A DNA stretch of 64,000 nucleotides from Octopus vulgaris (taxonomy: Eukaryota): assembly GCA_951406725.2 (NCBI GenBank), contig OX597816.1, positions 99,758,001 through 99,822,000 of the forward strand, given 5' to 3'. This document shows positions 26,111 through 40,735 of the stretch, in pieces. The first letter of the stretch is position 1; each line of letters begins with the position of its first letter. The position numbers and the translations under genes were made by a program. Below the pieces are notes generated by a model, which made no database searches, was not told the DNA's origin, and saw only the letters and a program-made list of their open reading frames with translations.

Positions 26111-26859
26111 TTTCCTTAGCAATTTTTTATTTAGAACACAGTATATTATATAACACAACATTTAACAATATTCACCATTATGTAGTAATATACAAGTTTG
26201 TGTTTTTATAAAGTGCCATTTCTTCGAGTAATATAAATTTGAATACATTTTAGATGATATGCCACCAAAAATTTAGTAACATATGACAATTCAGAGAGAG
26301 AAATGAAGCTAGTGTATTCTGTTGAATGTGTAATGTTTGTGTGCATGTACGACAAAGTGCAAATATATTGAGAAAAAAGTTAAGTATAAGAGGAATTAGA
26401 TGTACCCCCTAGACCTCCCTCTCCACAGCTCCTACACCTTGCACATCATCCCACTATTTCTTGCTTTGTTCTCCTACCTGAGACACTCGTATTTATCCCA
26501 GTTTACCTCTCTACATACTGGTATTTCTCATTATCTGCACTCCCATCCTAGTTCATCATTCACTAAATTAACCTCTGTCGCTACCTTTTAACTGTCCCCC
26601 TTCATGCTTTTATGAAAGCATCCATTCTCTCATCCCCTTCCATGACCCAATGTCCAAGTTTTCTCTTATACTATCCTTGAGAGTTTGCTCTCGCACCCCA
26701 CCACTACCTTCCTTTTATCTCCTTTAGCTATGTATCTCCTCTATAGCAAGATATCTATCTTTGTTCCTTTATCATATTTGAGCCTTTCAGTACCTAACAA
26801 AACCACTCACCTCCACCTTCTTCTTTTTTTTCCCTTTCCTTTCTCCCCTGTTCTTTTCT

Positions 26860-27075
26860 GTCTTGCAAGTTACATGGCAACTTCACTAATGCCAGTGCCA
26901 AATAAAAAAGCATCCAGTACACTCTGTAAAGTGGTTAGCATTAGTAAGGGCATCCATTCATAGAAATCATGCCAAAGATGACATTGGAGCTCAACACAGC
27001 CCTGCAGCTCACTGGTTCCTTGTCAAACTGTCCAACTAATGCTAGTATGAAAAGCAGGCATAATCATGATGATGG
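26860..27075 (+). mobile_element. Old RTE 3' end
   Basis: gtggttagcattagtaagggcatcca...gtccaactaatgctagtatgaaaagcagg..(gat)n. Confidence 0.65.
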
Positions 27076-27359
27076 TTGTGGTGGTGATAGCGGCAGCGGC
27101 TGCGGTGATTTTGGTGATCATGGTGGTCGGGGTTAATTCTCACACACACACACACAAATTCTGTAGGTACTGGTATGTACCAATATGTTCAGATATACAG
27201 AGTGTATTTATATGAAGTAAGACAATATATAGTTGGTATGATTTTTCTTCTTTATCACTTCTGCCAAGTGAATTTCTTATTTATCACTGCTATTGTTGGA
27301 TTTGACTTTTGCAAACATAGAATACACACAATATAGTGCATAACTCTTATTGAAACTGA

Positions 27360-27670
27360 CTAGAAAAGGCTGTCAAGTGGAAGGGAAAGCAATAATGTGA
27401 AAAGGAGTTGCCAGGAGATTATGCTGGCTGTTAGAAAGCTTTGGTGTGGGGGAAAAAACTATGCCATATGCAAAAAAACTTTGAAGATTGTAAAGTTTAC
27501 AGTAGGAACAATACATAATAATGATAAAATGAGGTCAAGTTCTCTTGAAGCTACTCCAGTAACTATTCTCACCTTGTTTTCTCGTGGCTTTGATATCATG
27601 CTTGATGTGGAATGGCTCCTGAGTGTGTGGCCCAGTGTATAAACATGGCAAAATGTACCGATAAATACAA
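27360..27670 (+). mobile_element. Tigger-like transposase N-terminal remnant
   Basis: AICKKTLKIVKFTVGTIHNNDKMRSS...IMLDVEWLLSVW resembles the Tigger psq-HTH to CENP-B HTH junction. Confidence 0.55.
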
Positions 27671-28199
27671 AGCAAATACTTGAATAACCATTGCATTTAC
27701 TTTTATTTATCCCATAACGTATCTCTCTTCAAAAGATTTTTTTTCTATGCTATATGGGTTTTAAAGTAGTTATTTTTTTACGCATGAAAGTTTGTAGAAC
27801 ATTTTTCTTCCCATGAAAATTCAGTAGGGACATGCCTTAATTTATATCATGGAAATCAATAGGAAAACAGATTTCATGTTACAGAATTTCATTTATGTTT
27901 AAGCTTCCAGGACTGTAAACTACTGTATAAGAAGAAAAAAAAGTCTTTGAACAAATTTACTGCTCAGTGTCAATGTATCATATGTGAACATATGTAGGAA
28001 TGGTCATCTGTATATGCACAAACCCATGCGTACATAATTATATGTGTGCATATATAGTGGTGTGTACATCTCATATATATATGATCACCCATTCATAAAT
28101 ATATGTGCATTTGTCAGCATCGAAAACAGACGTCAAAATGATGATGGTGATGATGATATATATATATGTGTGTGTATTAATAATTTGTCTATACATGTA

Positions 28200-28243
<44 letters not shown>

Positions 28244-29113
28244 TATATATATATGTGTGTGTGTATATATATATATATATTTATATATATAAACATACAT
28301 ACACAGACACACACACATTCTTGTATGTAGTAAAGCAAAATGAGAGGAAAGGAGTAAGAGAAAGTGAGAGGGGCAAGAAAGTCTATAGGTGAGTATGTTT
28401 AGGTAACCAGATAATTACATATATACCTTATTCACGACTTCCTATGAACATACTTAAGACAATTTGATCCCACACTTACTAAGAGAGGAAATATGTATCA
28501 AAATTCAGAAGTAAAAGTTGCGAACGGATGAAATAACATCTAGAGGTTATTAGTTAAGACTGTAGATCACTATGAGCGATAAAAGAAAGACAAAGTACTG
28601 CAATATTGAAAGAAGGATAAACGAAATTTGGGAAATTTTCCTTCGCCCGAGATATAGTTATTTAATATGATAAGCTATAAATTCACTATCGATTCTTATC
28701 CACGCAAAACGAATAAAACAAAATAAACCAAGAAAAGCGTTCTGTACATTAAAAACACGTGCGTTAGACTAATTCTTCGTCTGTATATTATAAATAATTA
28801 CTACACATGTGTTGTTGTTTCAAGAACTACGCAACACTCCATCCCATTCCACTAGCGATCGCTGCTTACTATCACACGAACTCAGGAATTACGCCTGTTA
28901 GTGTGACGTAAGTGCAGACTGTTAACACACCTGCATACACACACATTCTTATGGAGTGAACAATGGATATATAATACATAATATATTACATAATATCGTT
29001 TGTGTGTGTGTATGTGTGTGTACATGGAACATTAAAATACTTTGAAGTTGAGAATTACGTATACACACGCATACATACATACATACATACAAGGCGGTGC
29101 CCCAACATGACCG

Positions 29114-29199
<86 letters not shown>

Positions 29200-29871
29200 A
29201 ACATATATATACACAAAGAGAGACATACACACACATATATGCATTAAACAGATATTTGGTGATTGCGTGTGTGCGTGTTTGTGAAATTCTCATGCTCCAA
29301 GTATTTTAATGTTTATCGTCTGTTTTTATTTTAGAAGCATAGTCATATTTGTGCCAATTAAAATTTACTTTTATTTTATGTTATTATCCTTGATGGATCC
29401 GTCTTCATAACTACAAACCCGTTTCAGTTTCTGAAACACTCCTACGTGTTGCAACTTTACACCTAGACACAAAAGGGGCAAAAACTTTACTGTATGTAAG
29501 TACGTACGAACTGGAGTCAACTAGCTCGATCCCAGAACTTTATCAACTCCGTAAAACTTATATGCGAAACGAACCGAGGTAAGATTTGAACTCGGTGCAT
29601 ATCCAAATACAGTGGGAGATATGTGTTGTGTTCTTTCGAGTGTGCCGCTGTCGCCCAGTTTACTCCACCTTTATCATTTTTGTAATGCTGTCGCTATGTC
29701 CAGGTAGATTACACCCAAGTGAAAAGAGCCTGTATATTACAGGATACAATTTATTGACCTCTGTAGGTATAAAAAGTAAAGTCGTCACCAGTGAGGCGAG
29801 ACAAAATACTTTTATTATACATTTAGTTTGGCTCCCAGCTAATCCATTCCTCAGCGAAAAATAATAATTGT

Positions 29872-30120
29872 TTTAACTTTTGGCACAACGCCAGCAGTGC
29901 TAGGAGACGGAGGTTAGTAATTTACACTGACACCAGTTTTTGACTGGTATCTTTTCTTTTTTTTTTCACCGATCCCGAAAGGATGAAAGGCAAAGATGAC
30001 CTCAGAGGGATTTGAACCCCCTTACAGCGTAAAAGAGCCGAAAGAAAACTGCTAAGCATTTTGTCCGGCGTGCTAAACGATTCTGCTAGCTAACCGCCTT
30101 CCGAATAGTAATAATAATAA
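29872..30120 (-). mobile_element. SINE family B
   Basis: cccgaaaggatgaaaggcaaagatgacctc...gatttgaacccc...gctaagcattttgtccggcgtgctaa. Confidence 0.85.
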
Positions 30121-30421
30121 TTCATAATTTTGGCTCAAAGCCACAAATTTGAGGCGACAGGTGTATCTAATGAATATGCACAGGTATGCGATTGGTGCTT
30201 ATCTTATCAACTTTGAAAAAGTTGGTTCGGGTAGAAATAGAACTCAGAATGTAACGTGATGGCACTAATTATTATCAGGCTTTTAATCCGATCGCCACTG
30301 TATCAGTCTCTGTAATCTCGGTTATAATTTCCTTTGGTTATACATGGAATTCTTAATTTATAGGAGATGAGAAACTGCATGTTGTGGCGTTCAAGAATAT
30401 GCGAAGAAGATGAGTGTCATA

Positions 30422-30578
30422 CAGTGCTGGGATTTAGATTTGGTGAGGCCATAAGCTGTATAAAAATTCTAAAAAAAAAAAATTACGCATATATATATCC
30501 CTCAATTATTTTGAGGCTCCAACATTTTGCAATGCCCTAAGTTGTAGTTTGATTATTTCATACGCAAAAGCGGCACTG
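30422..30578. mobile_element. MITE
   Basis: TIRs cagtgctgg ... cggcactg. Confidence 0.5.
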
Positions 30579-30892
30579 GGATACAATAAGGATTTCAAGG
30601 TATAACCGAAACCGGTTCGCGAAGTTTTCTTTCACTGGAGTTTTGCATCAACTCAGCATCTCCCACCACTTTTTAACAGCGCAGTACTAAGTTTTTTGCG
30701 CCTTTTTCTTTATTATTATTATCATTATCATTATTATTTATTGACGCGTTAATTTCCACAAAGAATTCTTTTCTAATTATATCTATAAAGAATTGCGTGT
30801 GTATGTGTGTGTTATAGGAGCGAGAAGTAAGCTTTTGAAAGAGAAAGAGTTACAAACAAAAAGTTTCGCTCGGATATCCAAAACTTCGAAAG

Positions 30893-30944
<52 letters not shown>

Positions 30945-32132
30945 TTCGGCTACATAAACTGTTGCTGCAGCACGGTTGTTTGTTTTTCGTGATGATGATG
31001 TTGATGTTGTACTTGTAAGCATTCACAAGCTTTACAGTAGATGGTTTTAATATATCGATGTTTATTATTTGTTATTACAAAACAAAGCAATCCAAAAAAA
31101 TTCCCAACATTTCGTTCTAACATTACCAGCTTAGGAGATTTCTTAACAACAAAAGCGAAAAGTAAGTTATTCTTTCGTTTTCTCTTCCCCATGCTTTCCA
31201 CACACACTTCACATCTGCATGCGCGTACACACCCACCCACACATATACACTGCTCGATATTATTTGTACCTGTATCTCACTTTCTTCCGTTTGTTCCTAA
31301 TTCATTTTTCTGTCTTTCATCATCTGGCTCTATATATTTTCATTTTCATTTTAAAATAACAGTCTTTTATAAGTGGTAACTAAAACTGCCATAGTACGTA
31401 CGTACGAATGTCCCTTTTCTTAAAAAAAGTAAAACAAAACAAAACATTGATTTAACTCTACCTATTACGCGTGTATAAATGTTTATATATTTACGTATAT
31501 GTAATGTGTGTATGTGAGGGTATAAATACTGTGTGGATTGATTTTTTCGATTTCTTGAGATAAGTGATAGTTACAGGAAAGAAATAGTTTGTCCAGTTAA
31601 TGCACCTTCGCAGAGTAGTACTGGTTACTTGTGTACTATATCGATATTCTTGGTGCACTCCATCACACACACACACACACATTCTACATAAGACTGAATC
31701 CTCATTTTGGGTGTGTCATATTTCTCACCACACAACAACAACTTCAACAACAGCAACGCAACTGTTGTTGTTTTACTTTAAAGCGTGAGAATATATTTTA
31801 AGAAATCGATTGACAGACCATTGTAAATAAAAGGAAAGAAAGAGAAAGTGTGTGGTTGAGTGAATGAGGAAAATCAATGACTGACGGGGAGGGGAAGGTT
31901 GTTGGAGGGATGTCTTGGTTTCTTATATATATATATATATAGATAGATAGATAGATTGATAGATACATATATACATACATATATATATAGATACATATAT
32001 ACATACATATATATATAGATACATATATACATACATATATATATATACATATACATACATATATATATACATGCACATACATATATACATATATATATAT
32101 ATATGTATACATATATATATACATACAAATAC

Positions 32133-32201
<69 letters not shown>

Positions 32202-32984
32202 TACATACACACACACATACATACATATACCATTTAATGTTCACTAGTTCTTTCAATTGAAGCTCCACGCACACAGACTCATCCATTTGCAAAGATAAAT
32301 AAATACCCGTTAATACAGATATGTACAAGTACAAACGTACACGCCTACAGGAAGCATACTCGTCCATATATACACACATATGAGAGAAAGATGATACTCA
32401 AAGAAAAAGAGAACCCAGTTAAGTAGGGATACATGTCCAAAAGGGTATGGCACAAATATATAGAAATTCATGCTTTAACACACCCGGGTGGTACATTTAG
32501 ACATACAGACTTGTTGACATTAATACGCAGGAACTTGTAAACATAAACACAGTCCAAGAAATACTAACATGCTGTCACTAACGAACACACATACACATAC
32601 TATCTTTTACCTATGTACATAAACACATACACTTGCATTAAGAGTGCTGCAAACAGATATACTGACAGAGATACAGACACACACAAACACCGTCGAGTAA
32701 TTTCTAAAACAATTTACGGATAACTACCGAAATACTTAGGAAGCGGTCACTGCACTGTCGTTTATACTACTATGAAATAGGGTGGACAGCGATTACACTT
32801 CAATAGAAGTAGTGGTCACTACTGTTGTTGTTTAGCCTCAGATCGGCCCTGAACTCAGGAGTCCCAGGATCTAAGATGTTCCAGATGTGACAGTCGTCGT
32901 TTTTCATTGTGACCTAATATAGATTAATTTTGACGATGCAGAACACCGCCAGTTTCCTCGGATTTCGGATTTTACCATAATGTA

Positions 32985-33203
32985 TCTTATTTCTTTATTG
33001 CCCACAAGGGGCTAAACATAGAGGGAACAAACAAGGACAAAGGGATTAAGTCGATTAAATCGACCCCAGTGCGTAACTGGTACTTAATTTATCGACCCCG
33101 AAAGGATGAAAGGCAAAGTCGACCTCGGCGGAATTTGAACTCAGAGCGTAACGGCAGACGAAATACCGCTATGCATTTCGCCTGGTGTGCTAACGTTTCT
33201 GCC
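32985..33203 (-). mobile_element. SINE family B, young CpG-intact copy
   Basis: tcgaccccgaaaggatgaaaggcaaagtcgacctcggcggaatttgaactc. Confidence 0.85.
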
Positions 33204-35040
33204 ATAATTAATCTAAAGTTACCTTATGCATGGAGACTGTTTTATATTTAAGTTGGTTCGAGCCTCCTGTTGTTTTTGGTGTTTTGTTTAACGCCTGGTC
33301 AACTTTGATAGGACGATTCAGTTTGTTCATCAGACTTAGTATTCAGACCACATTATCTAATATTCCTTCCCTTTTTTGAACACGGTGTTGTGTGATTTGA
33401 AGGAGATTTGATTCCTATCTGCAGGTGAATCCTCCTTCATTTACTTGTCAAGCTCCTAGTAGTCATACTTTGGAGTCCATAGACAGTGGACTATGCATTC
33501 ACTTGTTTGAGGAGTGATCTTGTAGTAATTGAAGCTGATGAAGAATGATTTGTGCATTGTAATTGAGGTCGAGTTGGTGAAAAGTGATCTGGAGACAGAT
33601 GTTACTATCAGTGGGCTGGTCAAACTGCTCTCCCAACTCACCAATAGCAAGTATTAGTGAAATTTTTGGCCCCATCCTCCTCTGTTACTAAGAAGGCAAT
33701 AAAGTGTTCACATCCATATAATTCTTTCTTTGACATGATAGTGGACAAATTTAAAAAGTTTAAACCCATTTTAATTTTATTAAACATGCAAATTTGTCCA
33801 CCTACTTTTTAATCTTTATAGCCTCACACTGCAAAACACTGGATTAGACCACACTGAAGGTGGATTGATGAGTGTATTGCAGTCAGGTTCTTGAAAAGAT
33901 CAAGTGTCAAACATGGACCTCAGTCCAGGCTACTCATTTAGTAGCCAGAGATAAATACAGATACTATATTTAGCTACAGGCTGCAGGTTATATACATGTT
34001 TGAGATGTACCTACAAGTAACAGAACAGGACATAAGAATTTGACTGATTTTTAAAAAATCTGGTCCTTTGACTTTTAAAAGGAGAAGTAGGCACCTCTGA
34101 AAATTGCAAGCCATTCCAGATGGCCTGCTTGCGAACAATCCTTCAGTTTGATCTCTGTTCTCTGTTAGAGAAAGTGCTGAGTGAATATGGTCAAAAGTGG
34201 TCCAGTGTATTATGGTTACACTAGTAAAGTGGTAAGTACAGTTGGAAGAAGTTGTCAGTGTAACTGTTGTTGCTAGGTATGGAATTGTTAGTCTAGTGTA
34301 GTAACTCTTCCAAGAAAATATCTTGATTGAAGTTTATTGATCTTTTGATACACTTATACTAAATGTGGCTATGTTTGTTTGTGTGTGTGTTGGGGGAGAT
34401 ATTAGGTGTAACATATTGGGACTACACACAATACAATAAAAGCTCTATATGTTGACCTAACACATATCATTGTGTGTGTGTATTAATCGTCATTTATCTG
34501 TGAGTGCATGTTTGACTAAGGCAGAGACCTAGATATTTGGCAGAACTGAAAAGAGTACAATGCATGAAAGAAATAATAAAATATATTTTCTGTCACCAGG
34601 GTACTGATGTCTTTGAGACTAATTTATATTTTCAGAATATCAGTAATAATTTGAGTGTTATATGAGAAACAGGTGATAATTCACTGCCAAGTAATTGATT
34701 GGAAAATCAGTCTAAATTCTTATGATGCAGAAATCTGATGCTTGATAGGGTTTGAAAGCGTATTCTTTCTCTTGAGTAACTCCTCTTGTAGGTTTGTATA
34801 TTTTAGGTCATTGAAACAATCATGCATTTGGCTCCTTAATTTTTGACTTTGTTTTCACTCTCACAATGCATGTTAATTGGTAATTAGGTGTTTGTACATG
34901 AAACAGATACAATGTGGCTGAAAGAGAAACGATTTCAACAAATGGTTTTATTTGAAGATTTATGTTGACTATTTTCCAGTGGGTTTATTTTGACTTAACT
35001 ATGTAGTAATTATTACTTACAAAATGACATTTTTGCCGAC

Positions 35041-35430
35041 ATCATCATCATCATTTTACTATCCACTTTACCATGCTTGCATGAGTAAGATGGAATTTGT
35101 TGAGACAGATTTTCTACAGTCAGATACCCTTCCTGTTGCCAACCTTTACTTGTTTCTAAGCATGGTAATATTTCTTCATGACCAGACATGTTTTCACAAA
35201 AAACTGGAAATAAATGGTGCCAATTGTATGACACTGACTCTCATTTACAACTATTACACAATGTTAAGGCATGAAGGTACTCTCTCTCTCACACACATGC
35301 ACACACATTATATGACAGGTTTCTTTCACTTTCCATCTACCAAATCCACTCACAAGGCTTTGGTCAGCCGGGGGTTATAGTAGAAGATACTTACCCAAGG
35401 TACCATGCTGTGGAACTGAACCTGAAATCA
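35041..35430 (-). mobile_element. Old RTE-type 3' end and SINE family A fragment
   Basis: (CAT)n-ttttactatccactttaccatgcttgcatg; tttccatctaccaaatccactcacaaggctttggtc. Confidence 0.6.
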
Positions 35431-36579
35431 ATGATTATGAAATATATCAAAAGATATACTGACCTCTCAGCCAAAATATTGACAGATAAATAGAAGTGTT
35501 TTAGAAGTTCAATTATTGTGAGGGTTAAAGAGCACATCTCAACTCATATCCCTTTGTCTGAGAATAAGGAAGAAAGTGTTTTTATTCCGATGCAAACGCC
35601 TTATGAATTCAATCCATTAGGCTTTTAAAAAAGTATTACAGAAGACAGTACACTGTTGTAAGCTAAAGGAGATGACAGGTGAGCTCTGTACAAATAAGTA
35701 TCCTGTCAGCATATTATGATGTGATGAAATCATCATGTGAGGATGGAAGTATCAGTAATATATTGAGGTTGATTCAACTGATTGTACAGATTTGTGGTTG
35801 TGTGTTGATGCAGAAGTTATGATTTAAAATATACTAAAAAAAACAGATGTCCAAGAATTCTTCAAGTTATAGAATGAAGGTATACTAATGTTAAGCCAAA
35901 TGTTTTATAAAGGAAAATTTCCTTCAAATTTTACTACCTACCAATGTAATACCAATTCATTTATAACATTTTGTTTACCTAATGATGTAAAAAAAAAATT
36001 ACTGAGATTGTTATTTATCAAACAATTTCTTAAATGCATTTTGTTTTAGAGAGATTCTGAAATATTAAATGATGCTTTGATTGAAAAAGGTTATTGTAAA
36101 TTAATTACCTTGTTTGATAACAGAACAAAATATCTTCATCAATATTTCAAATAGGAAACTTATAGATCAATAAAAAAGACAACACCAATGCAATTTTCTG
36201 TACTAGTAACAAGATTAGTTGTATGAATCAGTTAGAAAATGTGTATAGAAAACCTGTAGTGACTGAAAACTTTTAAAATGCAAGAGAGTGATTAGATGTG
36301 AATAAATTGAGAAAGCAGTATTCTTTACTTAGTCAATAAAGCAGTACAAAGGTTAGATAGCTTCTCCAAACTACTACTGACTCTCTATAAACAACAATTA
36401 CACTTTCCAATGAACACACTTAACTCAATTGCTTTTCTCTTCTCCTGTCTCCTTTTCTGTGCTTCTCTCTCTATATTCCTCTTGAAAAGCAATTTTCTCC
36501 ATTTCTTCTTTACCACAACTTCATCCTCCATTATTCTCTTCTGGTCTATGCTTTTCTTTCAAACTGTGACCTTCTATAG

Positions 36580-36717
36580 CAGGCATGGGCAACCTTTTTC
36601 AAGAAGCAGGCCACATGAGACATTATTCATCACAAGGTGGGCTGCACTACTAAAAACTGTCAGAGTATTTTTTTGTGCCATTTGGAAGTCCCATAGACTG
36701 CTGTTTGTCCATAGTTG
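36580..36717. mobile_element. hAT MITE with perfect 8-bp TSD
   Basis: ttctatag|caggcatgggcaacc ... gtttgtccatagttg|ttctatag. Confidence 0.85.
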
Positions 36718-36865
36718 TTCTATAGTTTCAACTGACCAATGATTAATTTAAATTTACCTGGTTGTACCTTTGCCACAGATGAAGTCTTATCTCATTTCTC
36801 CCTCAGAATAAATGTAAGAGTATTTTATGCAATCGTTTACATCCATTATATAAAGACATACATAA

Positions 36866-37085
36866 AGTGGTGAACTGTCAAAATAATTAAATGATCAGAT
36901 AAATGCTTTGCAATATTGGTTCCAGTTCTTTACATTTTGAATTTAAATCCTGATGAAGTCAGTATTGCCTTTCATTCCAGTGGGGGTCAATAAAATAAAG
37001 TACTGGTTACGTTTTTAAGTATATAGCATTGACCAACACCCTACCTTCAAAAATACTGGCCTTGTTGCTAAATTAGAAACTATTA
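36866..37085 (+). mobile_element. Old SINE family B
   Basis: ttgcctttcattccagtgggggtcaataaaataaagtactgg. Confidence 0.65.
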
Positions 37086-37399
37086 TGTATTTAGACTTAG
37101 CCCTAAAATTGATATCAATTTAGTACTAGTATTTTTTTTATCAACCAGTGATTGTTGAACTGATGTGTTATTAGATATGAAAGGTCATGCCATAAACAAC
37201 ACATTTTTGATGGCACAAACAAAGACACAGACATATGTGTATGCAAGAGATTTGCACACAGTTTCTGTTTACTGAATTTCTCTAAGTTATTTTCATCACA
37301 AGGCTTTAGTAGAAGTTGCCTAAGATGCAGTGCGAATGAATCTCAAATATTGTGCTGGTGAAGCAAACATCTTAAACATGTAGCATTGCCTGCACTTAT

Positions 37400-38478
37400 T
37401 TCTGGGCTGCAGCTATCAACACTGAGTCAATAAAAGGTAGATCTGGAGAGATTTTAGATGTGCTAGATTAGAAGTATATGTGTGCTGTAAAAACCTGATG
37501 AAGAAAGCCTTAGCCAGAATTTTTATGGGAAAAGAAAACAAAAGCAGATTATTCTGGATAGGCTAAAGTTGTGGAGAGAGTTTACTGTTGGTAGAGAAAT
37601 GGATAAAGTAACTTCATCTCTGAATAACTAAGGTATGGGATGCTCTGGATAACAAAGCAATGTCTCAATATGATTCAGGATGTCATTAGTAATGAAGGTG
37701 TATATAAAGATAATGTTACATTCACCCTCCCTGCTTTTGAGTGCCAATAGTATTGAGATGCTATTATGAGAGCTTACTGAATGAGGTGAATAGTTGGGAG
37801 AGAGAGAGAGACTACTCTAAGTTACAGGGACCAACTGCTGCGATTGACAGCTATACAATTGAAATGGAAATAAAGGATACGAAGCCAGGAAGGCTGCTTA
37901 CTAGACCATCAGAGATAGTTGATCTGGTGAAGACATGAAATAGTCACTTGCATAATTAATTAGTTAACACGAGGAGATTTTACTGATAACAGTTTAATCA
38001 ACCACTACAAAGTAAAAGATATGCTCTAGAATGAAATCACTGGAGAAGGCATCAAAGTGATGGATCAAGTCACGGAAATTATAGGAGTTGCAGCATGACT
38101 AATTGGGAAGAAAATAAGCTTAGATGAGATACAGTTTAGTTTTGTGTCTGGCTGGGACACTTCTGATGCTGTCTTTCTCGCAAGACATTTACAAGAGAAG
38201 GTCTTAGAAAAGAGCAACCCACAATACTTTGCATTCGTTGACCAGGGGAATACATTTAATAGAATACCGCCCTCTGTAGTCTGGTGATTGCTGATAAATT
38301 TATATATATATATATAAATGGCTTGTGAGAGTCGTGCAAACCATGTATACAGATGCTCTCTGTTAGAAACAAGTTCAGCAAGGAATTTTTAACATGCAGG
38401 TAAATGTCTGTAAATGTCTATCAGAACTCGGTTATCATTCTCCAGTTATTAAGTTTCTCCAAGCTATAACAGGAGATT
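37400..38478 (+). mobile_element. Ancient RTE LINE reverse-transcriptase remnant
   Basis: ISLDEIQFSFVSGWDTSDAVFLARHLQEKVLEKSNPQYFAFVDQGNTFNRIP resembles the RT motif QFGF..G..T.DA.F..R.LQEK..FAFVD..KAFD; many stops. Confidence 0.8.
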
Positions 38479-38706
38479 AACTCTTTTTGGTACCAACATA
38501 CCTGATTCTGCCTTTGTTTCTATAATAAAAACTTTCTGTGATAAAGTGATCTCCATTAAAACCTTCCATCCAAATTTTATATCAATTTATATTCTAAAAC
38601 CCAGTTTAATAATGACAAAGTTTATTTATTAAATTCTTCATTATTTTTAAAATTAATTACCCAAAGGCAGTATATTTCAAAAGAAATATGTTAATAAAAG
38701 TGTTAC
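38478..38706. mobile_element. Degenerate TTAA-type MITE
   Basis: ttaactctttttggtacc ... gttaataaaagtgtta are decayed inverted ends. Confidence 0.35.
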
Positions 38707-39819
38707 ATAATAAACATCACCTTCAGATATAGATGAACAACACCTTTTTGTAATTTAGAAAACAACTCATCAGCAAACATGTCCATCAATCCTACCTCTT
38801 CTCTTCTTCCCCATTCTTTTTAATATCTGATTCTATATACTGAAATTCTTCTGCTTCATTAGACTAAACTTTACTTATCTTATAAAGCCTATCTATAACT
38901 TGGGTCTGAAAGATCTTTGAACCAGCAATGCAAATATCATCAACATAAGTAGCAATGATACTAAGTAGTTTCTTTCCAAAATACCATGTAAATTGCCTCA
39001 TCATATTTTGAGGCTACTGCTCCTAACTTCGTTCATTTTTCCTTGTTAGATACCAGGATTTTCAAGCATCAGTCAAACCATGTACACATTTTAAAAGTTT
39101 CTATATATGACCTGGAGATGCAGTTGCCTCTTGAGGAGGATCTAAGTAAACTAATCACTTGTGCTGTGAAAATGCAGTCTTAATACCCATTGATTTACAT
39201 ATGTAGCTATAAGGTACCATAATTCCTAATGTAGACCTATGTGCAAATGTGGGATGTTGTAATTCCCAAGACTACATATAGACACTTTTTGAACAAGTGG
39301 GTGAGTCATTTCTGATATCATTAGCACCTCTATCCTAAAAGCCTCTGCCATGAATCTCACTTTACAAATTTGTTATCATTCAATATTCTATTTGCAGTAA
39401 ATTCATCTTGCGGATATCTTTGGTTGACCTGCATATAAATTTGATTTTCAAAATTCTAAGTTACCTTCACTTGGCCAAGTTACTATTGGAGGAAGAAGGT
39501 GAAGTGAAGAGAGAAGCAGGATGGGAAGGCAGAAGATAGAAAGGAGGAGGAGGTTAGCAGATAGGAGGGATGATGATTCTTCTAAGGACAAGGATCTGCC
39601 TTTGTGGAAGCAATTGTAGCTTCCTCATTAGATGGGATCAACTTGAGGGGGAATTGTTTTTAGGATCATAGAGCTGTACATTTCTGAGGCTAGATGTGTG
39701 AGTGTAATTCCTCAGTTGTTCTGAGGCTGGTGAAGATGACTTCCAGCACACAGAGACATCCACACATGTCTCTGTGTACTGTAGGTGGTAATGTGTTTTT
39801 CTATGTGTATGTATGGGCT

Positions 39820-39889
<70 letters not shown>

Positions 39890-39913
39890 CATATATATAT
39901 ACATATATGTATA

Positions 39914-39951
<38 letters not shown>

Positions 39952-40260
39952 CATATTTACCTCACAAAATATGTCGTCTAGGGTCAGTTTGAATGTCAGG
40001 TTGCGTTTTTGTGTTTGCTCATTTCATCCGTGGTTATTTTATTGTTTTATGATTTTATTTAACATATTTCATTATCAGTGTAAAGCATATTATTTGATAC
40101 ATATTTATTTTATACTAATTTTGTTTTTGCTTATTTGTAAGTAAATTTACTGCTTATAAGAGAACTGTTCTTCATTCCAACTCATGCCTTTTCCTGTATA
40201 CCACTAGCTACAGACAAATAGCAGGATGTATTCTAGTTAAAATAAGTGAAATAGAGATTA

Positions 40261-40297
40261 AATAACGAGGTACCTTTCGACAAGTCACCAGATGATT
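40261..40297 (-). ncRNA. Degenerate minimal hammerhead motif, inverted relative to the adjacent PLE fragment
   Basis: Minus strand: aaucau CUGGUGA cuuguc GAA AGGUACCU C guuauu, with palindromic helix III. Confidence 0.4.
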
Positions 40298-40399
40298 GAA
40301 TGATGCACCACAACTATTTGTACAGAATCTCACCTGCCTGGGATCGAGGCACAATGGGTCAGAACGATTGTAGTGATGAATAAAGAATCTCATGAATTC

Positions 40400-40735
40400 C
40401 ATTCTCTTTCCTCTATCTCTCATATGTTATAAGTGTCTCCTTAAAATAGTAAAAATGGTTTCTAAAAAGGACAATAGTTATTCAAATATATTTTCTAATA
40501 AAACCATAAGAGTGGGATATTCAACATTGAGAAATGTAGGCATTATCATTTCCTCTATAAATAATAAGAAATTGAATAATTATTATTATAGCATAATAAA
40601 TAATAGCTCTAGCCATAATATAACTGATAGTGATATAAGACTTAATCAACATATAGAAAACTGTTCATGTTGTGATAAGACTAAACATAAGCTTTCTAAT
40701 ATTTGTAATATAGATAATGTAATTTTTTTATGGTT
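40400..40735 (+). pseudogene. Penelope RT-endonuclease linker fragment
   Basis: LLKIVK..YSNIFSNKTIRVGYSTLRNVGIIISSINNK...CSCCDK..LSNICNIDNVIF resembles the PLE motif KIFNRNTVKVSYS..N...I...N..CNC..C..C...VVY. Confidence 0.75.
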
